Assembly (NCBI GenBank): GCA_001871165.1
Contig: MNUT01000017.1
Span: 1 to 53,442 of the forward strand
Reading direction: 5' to 3'
Source: Candidatus Falkowbacteria bacterium CG1_02_37_21
GTDB lineage: Bacteria; Patescibacteriota; Patescibacteriia; Patescibacteriales; UBA12465
Length of the DNA: 53,442 nucleotides
Shown one piece after another: positions 28,468 through 37,852 of the stretch. The notes beneath the pieces were generated by a model that worked only from the letters and a program-made list of their open reading frames with translations, ran no database searches and had not been told where the DNA came from. A program made the position numbers and the translations under genes. The number at the start of each line of letters is the position of its first letter. The first letter of the stretch is position 1.

Positions 28468-29916
28468 ATGACAAGGGGAAATAAAGATTTTTATATTACC
28501 ACCACTTTACCTTATATTAACTCCGAACCGCATATTGGTTTTGCGGCGGAGATTATTAAGGCCGATGTTATCGCTCGTTATAAACGTCAGCGAGGTCTTG
28601 AAGTATTTTTTAATACTGGTACGGATGAACATGGTTTGAAAATTTATCAAAAAGCGCAGGAAAATGGCCTAGCTGTTCAAGAGTTTTGTGACCAATATTC
28701 GGCTAAATTCCGTCCCCTGAAAGAAAAATTAAATTTATCTTATGATCATTTTATAAGAACGACCGACCCTGATCATGAAGCCGCCGCGCAAGAGTTTTGG
28801 CGTCGCTGCGAAGAGGCGGGAGATATTTATAAAAAGTTATATAAGGTGCGATATTGTGTTGGTTGTGAATTAGAAAAAACTGATTCTGACTTAGTGAACG
28901 ATCATTGTCCCTTACATCCCGATAGGGAACTAGAAATAATTGAAGAAGAGAATTATTTTTTTCGCTTTTCTAAATATCAAGAACGATTACTCCAACTTTA
29001 TAAGGAAAATCCAAATTTTGTTTTACCGTCTGGCCGTCAAACGGAAATTTATAATTTTGTGGAAGCGGGACTGCAAGATTTCAGTATTTCTCGTTTAAAG
29101 TCCAAGATGCCACATGGCGTTGCTGTTCCCGGTGATGATAGTCAGGTAATGTATGTCTGGTTTGATGCTTTGGTAAACTATATTTCCACTTTAGCTTGGC
29201 CTAAAGATTTAAATAATTTTAATAAGTATTGGCCGGGTTTACAGGTTTGCGGTAAAGATAATTTACGACCGCAAGCGGCGATGTGGCAGGCGATGTTAAT
29301 GTCAGCGGGTTTGCCTAATTCTTTGCAGATATTAGTTTTTGGGTTTTTGACTGTAAATGGCGAGAAAATTAGTAAAAGTTCGGGTAATACGGTAGATCCT
29401 TATGAACTGGCGGATAAATATGGTTCTGATGCTGTCCGTTATTATATTTTAGCGGAGATACCACCATTTGCCGACGGTGACTATTCGGAAGCAAAGTTTA
29501 GAGAACGTTTTAATGCTGACCTGGCTAATGGTTTGGGTAATTTAGTGGCTAGAGTCTCTAATCTTTTAGAGCAAAATGCCATTTTGACTGAACTGAAAAT
29601 TAATTTGGAAGACGAGGGAATTAAGACTACTCAAGAGGAGTTTAATCTTAAGATGAGCGCTTATCATTTTAATGAAGCTTTGCAGGTTTTGTGGGATAAG
29701 GTGAGAGAGAGTGATGAAATTTTAACTAAAGCCGCACCCTGGAAAATGGATAAGGTGGTTGATAAAGCTCAAGTTTTACAACCTTTAGCACAAACTCTAG
29801 TTAATTTGGCTTATTTATTAGAACCATTTCTACCGCTAGCATCTCAAAAAATACAACAACAATTTTTAAGCCCTCAGATAAAGAAAGGAGACAATCTGTT
29901 TCCGCGTGTGTTATAA
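28468..29916 (+). CDS. metG: Methionine--tRNA ligase (short form)
   Basis: PHIGF (HIGH variant), TGTDEHG, YVWFDAL, KISKS; no C-terminal tRNA-binding domain. Confidence 0.95.
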   Translation: MTRGNKDFYITTTLPYINSEPHIGFAAEIIKADVIARYKRQRGLEVFFNTGTDEHGLKIYQKAQENGLAVQEFCDQYSAKFRPLKEKLNLSYDHFIRTTDPDHEAAAQEFWRRCEEAGDIYKKLYKVRYCVGCELEKTDSDLVNDHCPLHPDRELEIIEEENYFFRFSKYQERLLQLYKENPNFVLPSGRQTEIYNFVEAGLQDFSISRLKSKMPHGVAVPGDDSQVMYVWFDALVNYISTLAWPKDLNNFNKYWPGLQVCGKDNLRPQAAMWQAMLMSAGLPNSLQILVFGFLTVNGEKISKSSGNTVDPYELADKYGSDAVRYYILAEIPPFADGDYSEAKFRERFNADLANGLGNLVARVSNLLEQNAILTELKINLEDEGIKTTQEEFNLKMSAYHFNEALQVLWDKVRESDEILTKAAPWKMDKVVDKAQVLQPLAQTLVNLAYLLEPFLPLASQKIQQQFLSPQIKKGDNLFPRVL

Positions 29917-29924
29917 TATAATAT

Positions 29925-30440
29925 ATGTCAATTTTTGATATCAGTTTATTAATTATTCTTGGTGGTTTCGTTTTAAGCGGACTTTTTAAGGGAATAATTC
30001 GGATGGTAGGGCAACTGGCTGGATTAGTGGTTGGCGCTTATGTGGCTAGCCATTATTATTTATTTGTTTTTGACTGGTTTAAGTCTTGGGCGGTTGGTCA
30101 CGAGGGTATTGCTAAGGTCTTAGCTTTTATTATTGTGTTTGTGTTGATTGCTAAGTTAACTGACTTAGCTTTTGTCCTGTTTGAAAAAGCTTTCAAGATT
30201 ATCGCTATTATTCCCGGCAGCAGATATCTTAATAATTTACTGGGAGCAGCGCTGGGATTTTTAGAAGGAGCGTTAATTTTAGGCTTATTTATTTACGTTG
30301 CTTCTCGCTATGTTCTAATTGGAAATTTTTTTGGCGAACAATTAACCGCCTCTTTGATTGCTCCACTTCTTTTGGATGTCGCTACTTTAGTTCAACCCCT
30401 GTTACCGGAAGCTCTAAAAGCTTTACAGTCAATTATTTAG
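29925..30440 (+). CDS. cvpA: CvpA (colicin V production) family membrane protein
   Basis: GLFKGIIR, NNLLGAALG, four hydrophobic segments. Confidence 0.8.
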   Translation: MSIFDISLLIILGGFVLSGLFKGIIRMVGQLAGLVVGAYVASHYYLFVFDWFKSWAVGHEGIAKVLAFIIVFVLIAKLTDLAFVLFEKAFKIIAIIPGSRYLNNLLGAALGFLEGALILGLFIYVASRYVLIGNFFGEQLTASLIAPLLLDVATLVQPLLPEALKALQSII

Positions 30441-30450
30441 TTTTTATATC

Positions 30451-31059
30451 ATGGAATATCATAGCTTAAAATCTCCAACGGCCGTTAAGGCCGTTGTTAA
30501 GTTAGCGGTAAAAACTTTGCTATCTGATGGCATAGTAGTTTTACCGACGGATACAGTTTATGGCTTAAGTGCGCGTGTGACGAGCCAAAAAGCTATTAAA
30601 CGTATTCAAGCTTTGAAAAAAAGAACAGTCAAAAAACCTTTTTTAATTTTAGTATCTAGTTTAAGCATGTTGAAAAAATATGTTTTTTTGTCTAGACCAC
30701 AATTAGCTTTAATAAAAAAATATTGGCAAAGCGGTCAGCGTCCCACTACGATAATTTTACGCCATCGCGGTCTTTTGCCGGCTTCTTTAAACGCTAATAG
30801 TGATGGTCTGGCTTTACGGTTGCCTAAAAGTCAATTTTTAATTAAAATAATAAAGACTATTAAAGAACCTCTCATTTCCACTAGTCTTAATATCAGCGGA
30901 GAAGAGCCTATAAAAAATTTAAAAGATGTAGCGCGATTTTGGCCTGATAAAGATAGGCAACCGGATTTAATAATTGATGCCGGTCTTAATTTAGGGGACA
31001 AGCCTTCACAATTGATTGACTTGCGAATACCAGGCTCAGTCATAGTTTTAAGAAAATAA
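30451..31059 (+). CDS. tsaC: Threonylcarbamoyl-AMP synthase (TsaC/Sua5)
   Basis: PTDTVYGL, KKR...KP, STSLNISG. Confidence 0.9.
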   Translation: MEYHSLKSPTAVKAVVKLAVKTLLSDGIVVLPTDTVYGLSARVTSQKAIKRIQALKKRTVKKPFLILVSSLSMLKKYVFLSRPQLALIKKYWQSGQRPTTIILRHRGLLPASLNANSDGLALRLPKSQFLIKIIKTIKEPLISTSLNISGEEPIKNLKDVARFWPDKDRQPDLIIDAGLNLGDKPSQLIDLRIPGSVIVLRK

Positions 31060-31099
31060 TTTTTTAGAAAGCAAGTTTAATATAGATTTATAATATTGT

Positions 31100-32338
31100 A
31101 TGATTTTAGCTAAAAATATTTTAAAAAAAGTTAGCTTAGGAATTTTGTCTTTGTTATTATTAGGTGGAATTTTTGGCGGCGGTTTTTATTTTGGACAAAA
31201 AAATAATGCTTTACTCTCTGCCTTTAACAGACCTTTAGCTTATTCGGAAGATGCCGCAGTAGCCACGGGAGAAACCGGCAGCAATCTTGACTTTAATCTA
31301 TATTGGCAGGTTTGGGACACTTTAAAAAGTAATTACGTCGATAAGAATAAAATTGATGATCAGTCTTTATTCTACGGCTCTTTGAAAGGCCTAGCAGAGG
31401 CTACCGGTGACCCTTATACGATTTTTATGGATCCTAGCGAAGCTAAAGAGTTTTCTGATGATTTAGCCGGCACTTTTGAAGGTATTGGCGCGGAGGTCGG
31501 TATTCGTAATGAAATGATTACGGTTGTTGCCCCCTTAGACGGTATGCCGGCACAAAAGGCGGGTTTACGAGCGGGAGACAAAATTTATGCTGTAGACGGC
31601 ACTCCCACTATTGGCTTGAGCTTAAACGCCGTCGTTAAAAAAATACGCGGTCCAAAAGATAGCGTAGTGGTTTTAACAATTATTCGCGATGAGGAAAAAC
31701 CCAGAGAAATAGAAATTACCCGTTCGGTCATTATTGTAAAAAGTGTTAAGACGGAATTGCGTAGTGATGGTATTTTTATTATTAAAGTTACCAATTTTAA
31801 TGATGACACTGAAGGGCTTTTTGAGAAGGCTATTAATACTGCTTTAACTAAAAATCCGAAGGGAATTATTCTTGATTTACGTAATAATCCTGGTGGTTAT
31901 CTAGAGACGGCGGTTAATATGGCCAGTGAATGGGTGAAAGAAGGTCCGGTTGTGGCCGAACAATTTGGTGGTAATAAACGACAAGAATATTTTTCTAACG
32001 GTAATGCTCGCTTACAAAATTTCCCCACTATGGTCTTAGTTAATGGCGGTAGCGCTTCTGCTTCAGAAATTTTAGCCGGTGCCTTGCGAGATTATAAGAA
32101 AGGGACTTTAATTGGAGAAATTACTTATGGTAAGGGTTCGGTGCAGACTTTACGAAATTTGGATGGTGGAGCTAGCTTAAAGATCACTGTAGCCAAATGG
32201 TTGACTCCGGCCGGTGACTTTATTAATGAAAAAGGTTTAGAACCTGATATTGAAATTAAAATGACCTCAGATGATATTGATAATGATTTAGACCCACAAA
32301 TGAAAAAAGCTTTGGAATTATTAAAAGCACAGAAATAA
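31100..32338 (+). CDS. ctpA: S41 carboxy-terminal processing protease with PDZ domain
   Basis: DPYT, GIGAE, DLRNNPGG, SASASEI, GKGSVQ. Confidence 0.93.
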   Translation: MILAKNILKKVSLGILSLLLLGGIFGGGFYFGQKNNALLSAFNRPLAYSEDAAVATGETGSNLDFNLYWQVWDTLKSNYVDKNKIDDQSLFYGSLKGLAEATGDPYTIFMDPSEAKEFSDDLAGTFEGIGAEVGIRNEMITVVAPLDGMPAQKAGLRAGDKIYAVDGTPTIGLSLNAVVKKIRGPKDSVVVLTIIRDEEKPREIEITRSVIIVKSVKTELRSDGIFIIKVTNFNDDTEGLFEKAINTALTKNPKGIILDLRNNPGGYLETAVNMASEWVKEGPVVAEQFGGNKRQEYFSNGNARLQNFPTMVLVNGGSASASEILAGALRDYKKGTLIGEITYGKGSVQTLRNLDGGASLKITVAKWLTPAGDFINEKGLEPDIEIKMTSDDIDNDLDPQMKKALELLKAQK

Positions 32339-32363
32339 AAAATTTATAAATAAAATATAAATT

Positions 32364-34040
32364 ATGGCCCGTACTAAAATAACGAAAGAAAAAAAGAAAA
32401 ATGCAGCTTCCATTAAATATATCTTCGTGGTAGGCGGAGTGATGTCCGGCGTCGGTAAAGGTGTAACTACGGCGTCAATCGGACAAATTCTGCAAGCACG
32501 CGGTTATAATGTCAGCGCCATAAAAATGGATCCTTATATTAACGTTGATGCCGGCACTATGAATCCCATAGAGCACGGGGAGGTTTTTGTCACGGAAGAT
32601 GCCGATGAAACTGATCAGGATATTGGTAACTATGAAAGATTCTTAAACAAAAATATTTATAGAGAGAACTACATGACGACCGGTCGTGTTTATCAGACCG
32701 TTATTAATCGGGAACGTAATCTCGGCTATAAAGGTAAATGCGTTCAGGTGGTACCTCATATTCCTCAAGAAATTAGAGATAGGATTGAAGGAGCGGTCTC
32801 TAAAACTGGCGCGGAAATAATGATTATTGAAGTGGGCGGTACGGTGGGTGAATATGAAAATTTGTTGTTTTTAGAAGCGGCGAGGGTCATGAAATTGTAT
32901 AATCCTAAAGATGTTTTGTTTGTGATGGTTTCTTATCTGCCTATTCCTAGCATAATCGGAGAAATGAAGACTAAACCAACTCAGCATGCCGTGCGTAATC
33001 TCCAGAGCGCCGGTATTCAACCGGATTTTCTCATTGCTCGCAGCGAACGACCGGTAGATCAGGCTCGTAAAGAAAAGTTGTCTATTAATTGTAATATTCC
33101 CGCAGAAAATGTTATTTCCGCTCCTGACGCTGACTCTATTTATGATATTCCTCTCAATTTTGAAAAAGATCATTTAAGTTCCCGTATTTTGGAAAAATTT
33201 GGCCTACCTTTACGTCGCAGAAGTGATAATGGTGCTTGGAGAAAAATGGTTGCGGCCAGCAAGACAAAAAAACCGATTATCAATATTGGTATTGTCGGTA
33301 AATACTTTGCTAGTGGTGATTTTTCTTTTGGTGATTCCTATATTTCAGTAATTGAAGCCATTAAACACGCTACTGCTACTGTAAAGTGTAAGGCTAAAAT
33401 TCACTGGTTGAGCGCGGAAGATGTTGAAAAACGGGGAACTGTAGTTTTGAAAAATATGGATGGCATTATTGTCCCGCAAGGTTGGGGTGAACGTGGCGCG
33501 GAAGGAAAGATTAAAACTATTAAATACTGTCGGGAAAATAAGGTGCCTTACTTCGGTTTATGTTATGGCATGCAAATGGCTGCAATTGAATTTGCTCGTA
33601 ATGTCGCCGGCCTGAAAGACGCTAATTCCGCGGAAGTTGACCCTAAAACCACTAATCCGGTAATTCATATTATGCCGGGACAAGCGCAACTTATTAAAGA
33701 AAAGGGTTACGGGGGAACGATTCGTTTGGGTGGCTGGCCTTGTCGTATTACGCCTCAGACTCATTTAGCCAAGGCTTACGAAAAATTTACATCTAAGAAG
33801 ACTATTTCCGAGCGTCATCGTCATCGTTATGAGTTTAATAATATTTATAGAGACAAATTTGCTGAATTAGGGTTAACTGTCGCTGGTACTTCTCCGGACG
33901 GAGAAATCGTTGAAGCGATTGAAATTACTAATCATCCATTTTTTATTGGTGTTCAATTTCATCCTGAGTATATTTCTCGTCCCTTAGCCCCTCATCCACT
34001 GTTTGTGGAATTTATTAAGGTTTGTAAAAATCTTAATTAA
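32364..34040 (+). CDS. pyrG: CTP synthase
   Basis: GGVMSGVGKG, KMDPYINVDAGTM, GLCYGMQ, ERHRHRYE, QFHPE. Confidence 0.97.
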   Translation: MARTKITKEKKKNAASIKYIFVVGGVMSGVGKGVTTASIGQILQARGYNVSAIKMDPYINVDAGTMNPIEHGEVFVTEDADETDQDIGNYERFLNKNIYRENYMTTGRVYQTVINRERNLGYKGKCVQVVPHIPQEIRDRIEGAVSKTGAEIMIIEVGGTVGEYENLLFLEAARVMKLYNPKDVLFVMVSYLPIPSIIGEMKTKPTQHAVRNLQSAGIQPDFLIARSERPVDQARKEKLSINCNIPAENVISAPDADSIYDIPLNFEKDHLSSRILEKFGLPLRRRSDNGAWRKMVAASKTKKPIINIGIVGKYFASGDFSFGDSYISVIEAIKHATATVKCKAKIHWLSAEDVEKRGTVVLKNMDGIIVPQGWGERGAEGKIKTIKYCRENKVPYFGLCYGMQMAAIEFARNVAGLKDANSAEVDPKTTNPVIHIMPGQAQLIKEKGYGGTIRLGGWPCRITPQTHLAKAYEKFTSKKTISERHRHRYEFNNIYRDKFAELGLTVAGTSPDGEIVEAIEITNHPFFIGVQFHPEYISRPLAPHPLFVEFIKVCKNLN

Positions 34041-34125
34041 TATTAATACCATTATTAAAGCATAGAACTCACTTTTCACCAACTATTTTTGACCATTAAA
34101 CCTTATTTCACAATAATTAAGTACT

Positions 34126-34152
34126 AAAAAATCCGCTCAATGCGGATTTTTT
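34126..34152. terminator. Bidirectional terminator between pyrG and rpmA
   Basis: AAAAAATCCGC-TCAAT-GCGGATTTTTT. Confidence 0.85.
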
Positions 34153-34168
34153 GTTGGTATATTTAGGT

Positions 34169-34486
34169 TTATTTTTTAGTTACGGTAGCCGTTACGGGTT
34201 TAACCGCTTCCGGTAATAAAATATTTACCATTTTACAAGTTTTGAGAGAATTATCATATTTTCTCATTTTTCTGGTACTAAATTTAACGAAACCAGCCTT
34301 CATCGCAAATAAGGTATCATCTTTACCTTTCTTTACGTTTTTGCCCGGTTGATATTTTGTACCACGTTGACGGATAATAATAGAACCGATTTTAGCCCAA
34401 GAGCCATCGGAAAGTTTTACTCCTAAACGTTTACTTTCTGAGTCACGGCCTAAGGAGGTTGACCCGGCCGCTTTCTTATGTGCCAT
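34169..34486 (-). CDS. rpmA: 50S ribosomal protein L27
   Basis: [27 protein letters not shown]. Confidence 0.97.
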   Translation of the reverse strand: MAHKKAAGSTSLGRDSESKRLGVKLSDGSWAKIGSIIIRQRGTKYQPGKNVKKGKDDTLFAMKAGFVKFSTRKMRKYDNSLKTCKMVNILLPEAVKPVTATVTKK

Positions 34487-34696
34487 ATTTTTTTTCTTAA
34501 TTTTTACTGATAAACAGTAAAAAATTACTGTTTAGACTCTTTAATACCTACATAATATAACAAAAGACCTAATAATTGTCAAATGCCCCTTATTTATTGG
34601 TTTATTTATCTTTTTAGGGATTTTAATTTTTACAAAATATGTTATAATAACATTATAGAATTTTTATTTAATTATAGGGGGAAATTATAAAAACCT

Positions 34697-34879
34697 ATGT
34701 TAAAAATTAATGCCAGTAAATGTATCGGCTGCGGTCTTTGTGTTGACCTTTGTCCTACAGTTTTTCGTTTAAATAGTTCCGGTCAGGCGGAAGTTTTTGG
34801 TAATGAGTTAAGTGGAGATAACGAAGAAGTAAAGAGCGCTGCCCAATCTTGTCCAGCCGAAGCTATCATTCTTAAATAA
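34697..34879 (+). CDS. Single-cluster ferredoxin
   Basis: CIGCGLC-x3-CP ... CPAEAI, 60 aa. Confidence 0.9.
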   Translation: MLKINASKCIGCGLCVDLCPTVFRLNSSGQAEVFGNELSGDNEEVKSAAQSCPAEAIILK

Positions 34880-34884
34880 TAAAT

Positions 34885-35361
34885 ATGCCAGTAGAAAAAA
34901 TAATTGAATCTGTTCATCCGGAAACACCAGGGTCAGCTTCTCAGGTAGAACAGTTAAAAGGAGCGGAACAAAAAATAGAAAAAATTTCCACTCATCCAGC
35001 GGAAAAATTGCGAGAAATTATTAAGCCGATTACTAAGACTTCTTCTAAGCCAACGCGTAGCTCGGCTGCCAATTCTTGGCAGGAAAAAAGAGCAGTGGTT
35101 ATAGATAATATTTTAGCAGAAGGCTTGAATGATATTTTTTTAAAAATGAATGCCAGCGAACAGAAAGCTTTTAAATTAAAAGGGGAGGAAACGGTTACTA
35201 AAATTAATGAGTTATTAAGTCATACTAAAGTAAAAGTAAATAAAATTATTGCTCTTATTAGAGATTGGTTAAAATTAATCCCCGGTATCAATAAATTTTT
35301 CTTAGAACAAGAAACCAAAATTAAGGCGGATAAAATTATAAAAATCAAAAACAAATTTTAA
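34885..35361 (+). CDS. Hypothetical protein, probably coupled to the downstream ATPase
   Basis: Low-complexity N-terminus, helical C-terminus WLKLIPGINKFFLEQETKIK; 1-nt gap to the next gene. Confidence 0.75.
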   Translation: MPVEKIIESVHPETPGSASQVEQLKGAEQKIEKISTHPAEKLREIIKPITKTSSKPTRSSAANSWQEKRAVVIDNILAEGLNDIFLKMNASEQKAFKLKGEETVTKINELLSHTKVKVNKIIALIRDWLKLIPGINKFFLEQETKIKADKIIKIKNKF

Positions 35362-35362
35362 T

Positions 35363-37849
35363 ATGACAGCAATTTTTTCTAATTTTTCGGAATTGTTGAT
35401 TTATTTAATAATAATAATCATCGCCTTTTTTTTGGTGGTGGCATTTTTAACTTTTTTCCGTTGGTTTTTATCTCGTCGTTCTTATGATAGTCACCAAGTG
35501 TTTCTAGTACGTTTACCTAAAGAGAAATCAGACGATGAAAAGAAAGAATTTGGTGAGCAATTGTTAAAAGAAGAAATCGCTAAAGGGGAAACGCTGTTTG
35601 CGGCCGTAGGAGGTTTGCCGGCAGAAAAGGGCTGGCGAGCTTGGTTCTTTGGACGTCGCGATCAATTTTCTTTTGAAATAGTAGCTAGTGCTAATCGCAT
35701 TGCTTTTTATGTTGTAGCCCCACCTAACAGCGCTCGTTATCTAGAACAACAGATTAACGCTTATTACCCAGAAGCTTTAATTGAGGAAGTAAGTGATTAT
35801 AATGCCTTTAGTCGTGAGGGACAAATTGCCGCGGCTTCTTTAAAAACTATCAAAAATTCTGTTTTTCCGATTAAAACTTATCAGAAGATGGCGGTTGATC
35901 CCATGAATTCTTTAATTAATGTTTTATCAAAATTAGAAAAAGAAGAGAGTTTAGCGGTTCAGTACACGGTCCGAAGCGCTCGTGGTTCTTGGCATAGCCG
36001 CAGTCGTCGTATTGTTAATAAAATAAATCAAAAAAATTCGGTAAAAGAGGGTTTGCGCTCGGCTAGTACTTTAGGAATTTTTTTGGATTTTTTTCATGGT
36101 TTACAGCCGGAAAAAAGTCGTTCAGAAAATAATCGAGACTTCGTTCAAGAGAGAGCTAATAAAAAACTATCGGCAGTGGAGGAAGAAATTTTGAAGTCAA
36201 TTGAGGAAAAGAATTTGAAGGCCGGATTAGATGTTAATATCAGAATTATTTCTTGTGCTAAAACCAAGGAAAGAGCTAAAGCTTATTTAGAGAATATTGG
36301 AAGTGTTTATACCGAGTATAATAATTATAGTTACGGCAACGTATTTTCCCGCGTTAAGTTTTCTAATATGGAACGGACTATACATGATTTTATTTATCGC
36401 CGTTTTCGCGCTAGTGCTTCTTTTTTGTTAAATAGTGAAGAATTAGCCAGTCTATTTCATTTTCCTTTGCGAACCACGGAAACGCCTAATATTTTATGGT
36501 TAACGGCTAAAACCGCGCCGGCGCCAGCTGAAGTGCCAGACGAAGGAATATCTTTGGGTAAGAATACTTATCGTGGTGTTCACAAAGAAATTCGGATGAA
36601 ACGTGCCGACCGGAGACGTCATAGTTATATTATTGGTAAATCTGGTACCGGTAAATCTGTTTTGTTAGCTAACATGGCTATTCAAGATATTCAAAACGGT
36701 GAAGGTGTTTGTGTTATTGATCCGCACGGTGATTTGATTGGTGATATTCTTGATCGTTTACCGACAGAGAGATTGGATGATGTGATAATATTTTCTCCGG
36801 CCGACTTGGAGCGACCTTTAGCTTTAAACCTATTAGATTACGATCCGCGTTATCCGGAACAAAAAAGTTTTGTCATTAATGAGATGATTGGTATCTTTGA
36901 TAAATTGTATGATTTGAAAGCTACTGGTGGGCCGATGTTTGAGCAATACATGCGTAATGCCATGTTGTTAATCATGGATGACCCAGAATCCGGTTCTACT
37001 TTAATGGAAATTCCTAAAGTTTTAGCCGATGAAGATTTTCGTCGCTTTAAACTTAGTCGTTGTCACAACCAGACCGTAGTGGACTTTTGGCGTAAAGAAG
37101 CGGAAAAGGCGGGCGGGGAAGCCGCTTTAGCCAATATTGTCCCTTATATTACCTCCAAACTTACCTCCTTTATTTCTAACGACATGATGCGTCCAATAAT
37201 TGGTCAGCAAAAAAGTGCTTTCAATTTACGAGAAGTAATGGACAAACAAAAAATTTTATTGGTAGACTTACCAAAAGGCTTAGTCGGAGAAATGAATGCT
37301 TATTTGCTGGGCATGATTTTAGTCGGTAAAATCTTGATGGCGGCTTTATCGCGCGCGGATGCTCCCGCCGAATCACGTAAAGATTTTTATTTGTATATTG
37401 ATGAATTTCAAAATTTTACCACCAATTCTATCTGTCAGGTTTTATCAGAAGCACGTAAATATGCTCTGAATTTAATTATTGCTCATCAGTACATCGGACA
37501 ATTAAGTAAAGGACAAAATACGGAAATAAAGGATGCGGTATTTGGCAACGTCGGAACTTTTGTGAATTTTAAGGTAGGAGCGGAAGATGCGGAATTTTTA
37601 ATTAAAGAATTTGAACCGGTTTTCAGTGAATATGATTTAATTAATGTTGATAAAGGAACGGCCTATATTAAATTACTAGTAGATAACAGCACTTTACGAC
37701 CATTTTCCTTGCAAACAATTTGGCCTTTACTGGGAGTTAAACAGGAAGGTTTAGCTGCCAGAGTTCGTTCCTTAAGTCGTTTAAAATATGGCCAAAATGT
37801 TCGTTTAGTAGAAGCGGAGATTAGTCGCCGCGCCGCCCTTAAACTTTAA
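35363..37849 (+). CDS. Membrane-anchored VirD4/TraD/HerA-like P-loop ATPase
   Basis: N-terminal TM; HSYIIGKSGTGKS (Walker A), IDPHGD, LYIDEFQNF (Walker B), SEARKY, AHQ. Confidence 0.85.
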   Translation: MTAIFSNFSELLIYLIIIIIAFFLVVAFLTFFRWFLSRRSYDSHQVFLVRLPKEKSDDEKKEFGEQLLKEEIAKGETLFAAVGGLPAEKGWRAWFFGRRDQFSFEIVASANRIAFYVVAPPNSARYLEQQINAYYPEALIEEVSDYNAFSREGQIAAASLKTIKNSVFPIKTYQKMAVDPMNSLINVLSKLEKEESLAVQYTVRSARGSWHSRSRRIVNKINQKNSVKEGLRSASTLGIFLDFFHGLQPEKSRSENNRDFVQERANKKLSAVEEEILKSIEEKNLKAGLDVNIRIISCAKTKERAKAYLENIGSVYTEYNNYSYGNVFSRVKFSNMERTIHDFIYRRFRASASFLLNSEELASLFHFPLRTTETPNILWLTAKTAPAPAEVPDEGISLGKNTYRGVHKEIRMKRADRRRHSYIIGKSGTGKSVLLANMAIQDIQNGEGVCVIDPHGDLIGDILDRLPTERLDDVIIFSPADLERPLALNLLDYDPRYPEQKSFVINEMIGIFDKLYDLKATGGPMFEQYMRNAMLLIMDDPESGSTLMEIPKVLADEDFRRFKLSRCHNQTVVDFWRKEAEKAGGEAALANIVPYITSKLTSFISNDMMRPIIGQQKSAFNLREVMDKQKILLVDLPKGLVGEMNAYLLGMILVGKILMAALSRADAPAESRKDFYLYIDEFQNFTTNSICQVLSEARKYALNLIIAHQYIGQLSKGQNTEIKDAVFGNVGTFVNFKVGAEDAEFLIKEFEPVFSEYDLINVDKGTAYIKLLVDNSTLRPFSLQTIWPLLGVKQEGLAARVRSLSRLKYGQNVRLVEAEISRRAALKL

Positions 37850-37852
37850 ATT

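Noticed and set aside
28468..28560. HIGF instead of HIGH in MetRS as a sign of inactivation
   Set aside because: All other motifs are intact and the last HIGH position is known to vary among class I synthetases.
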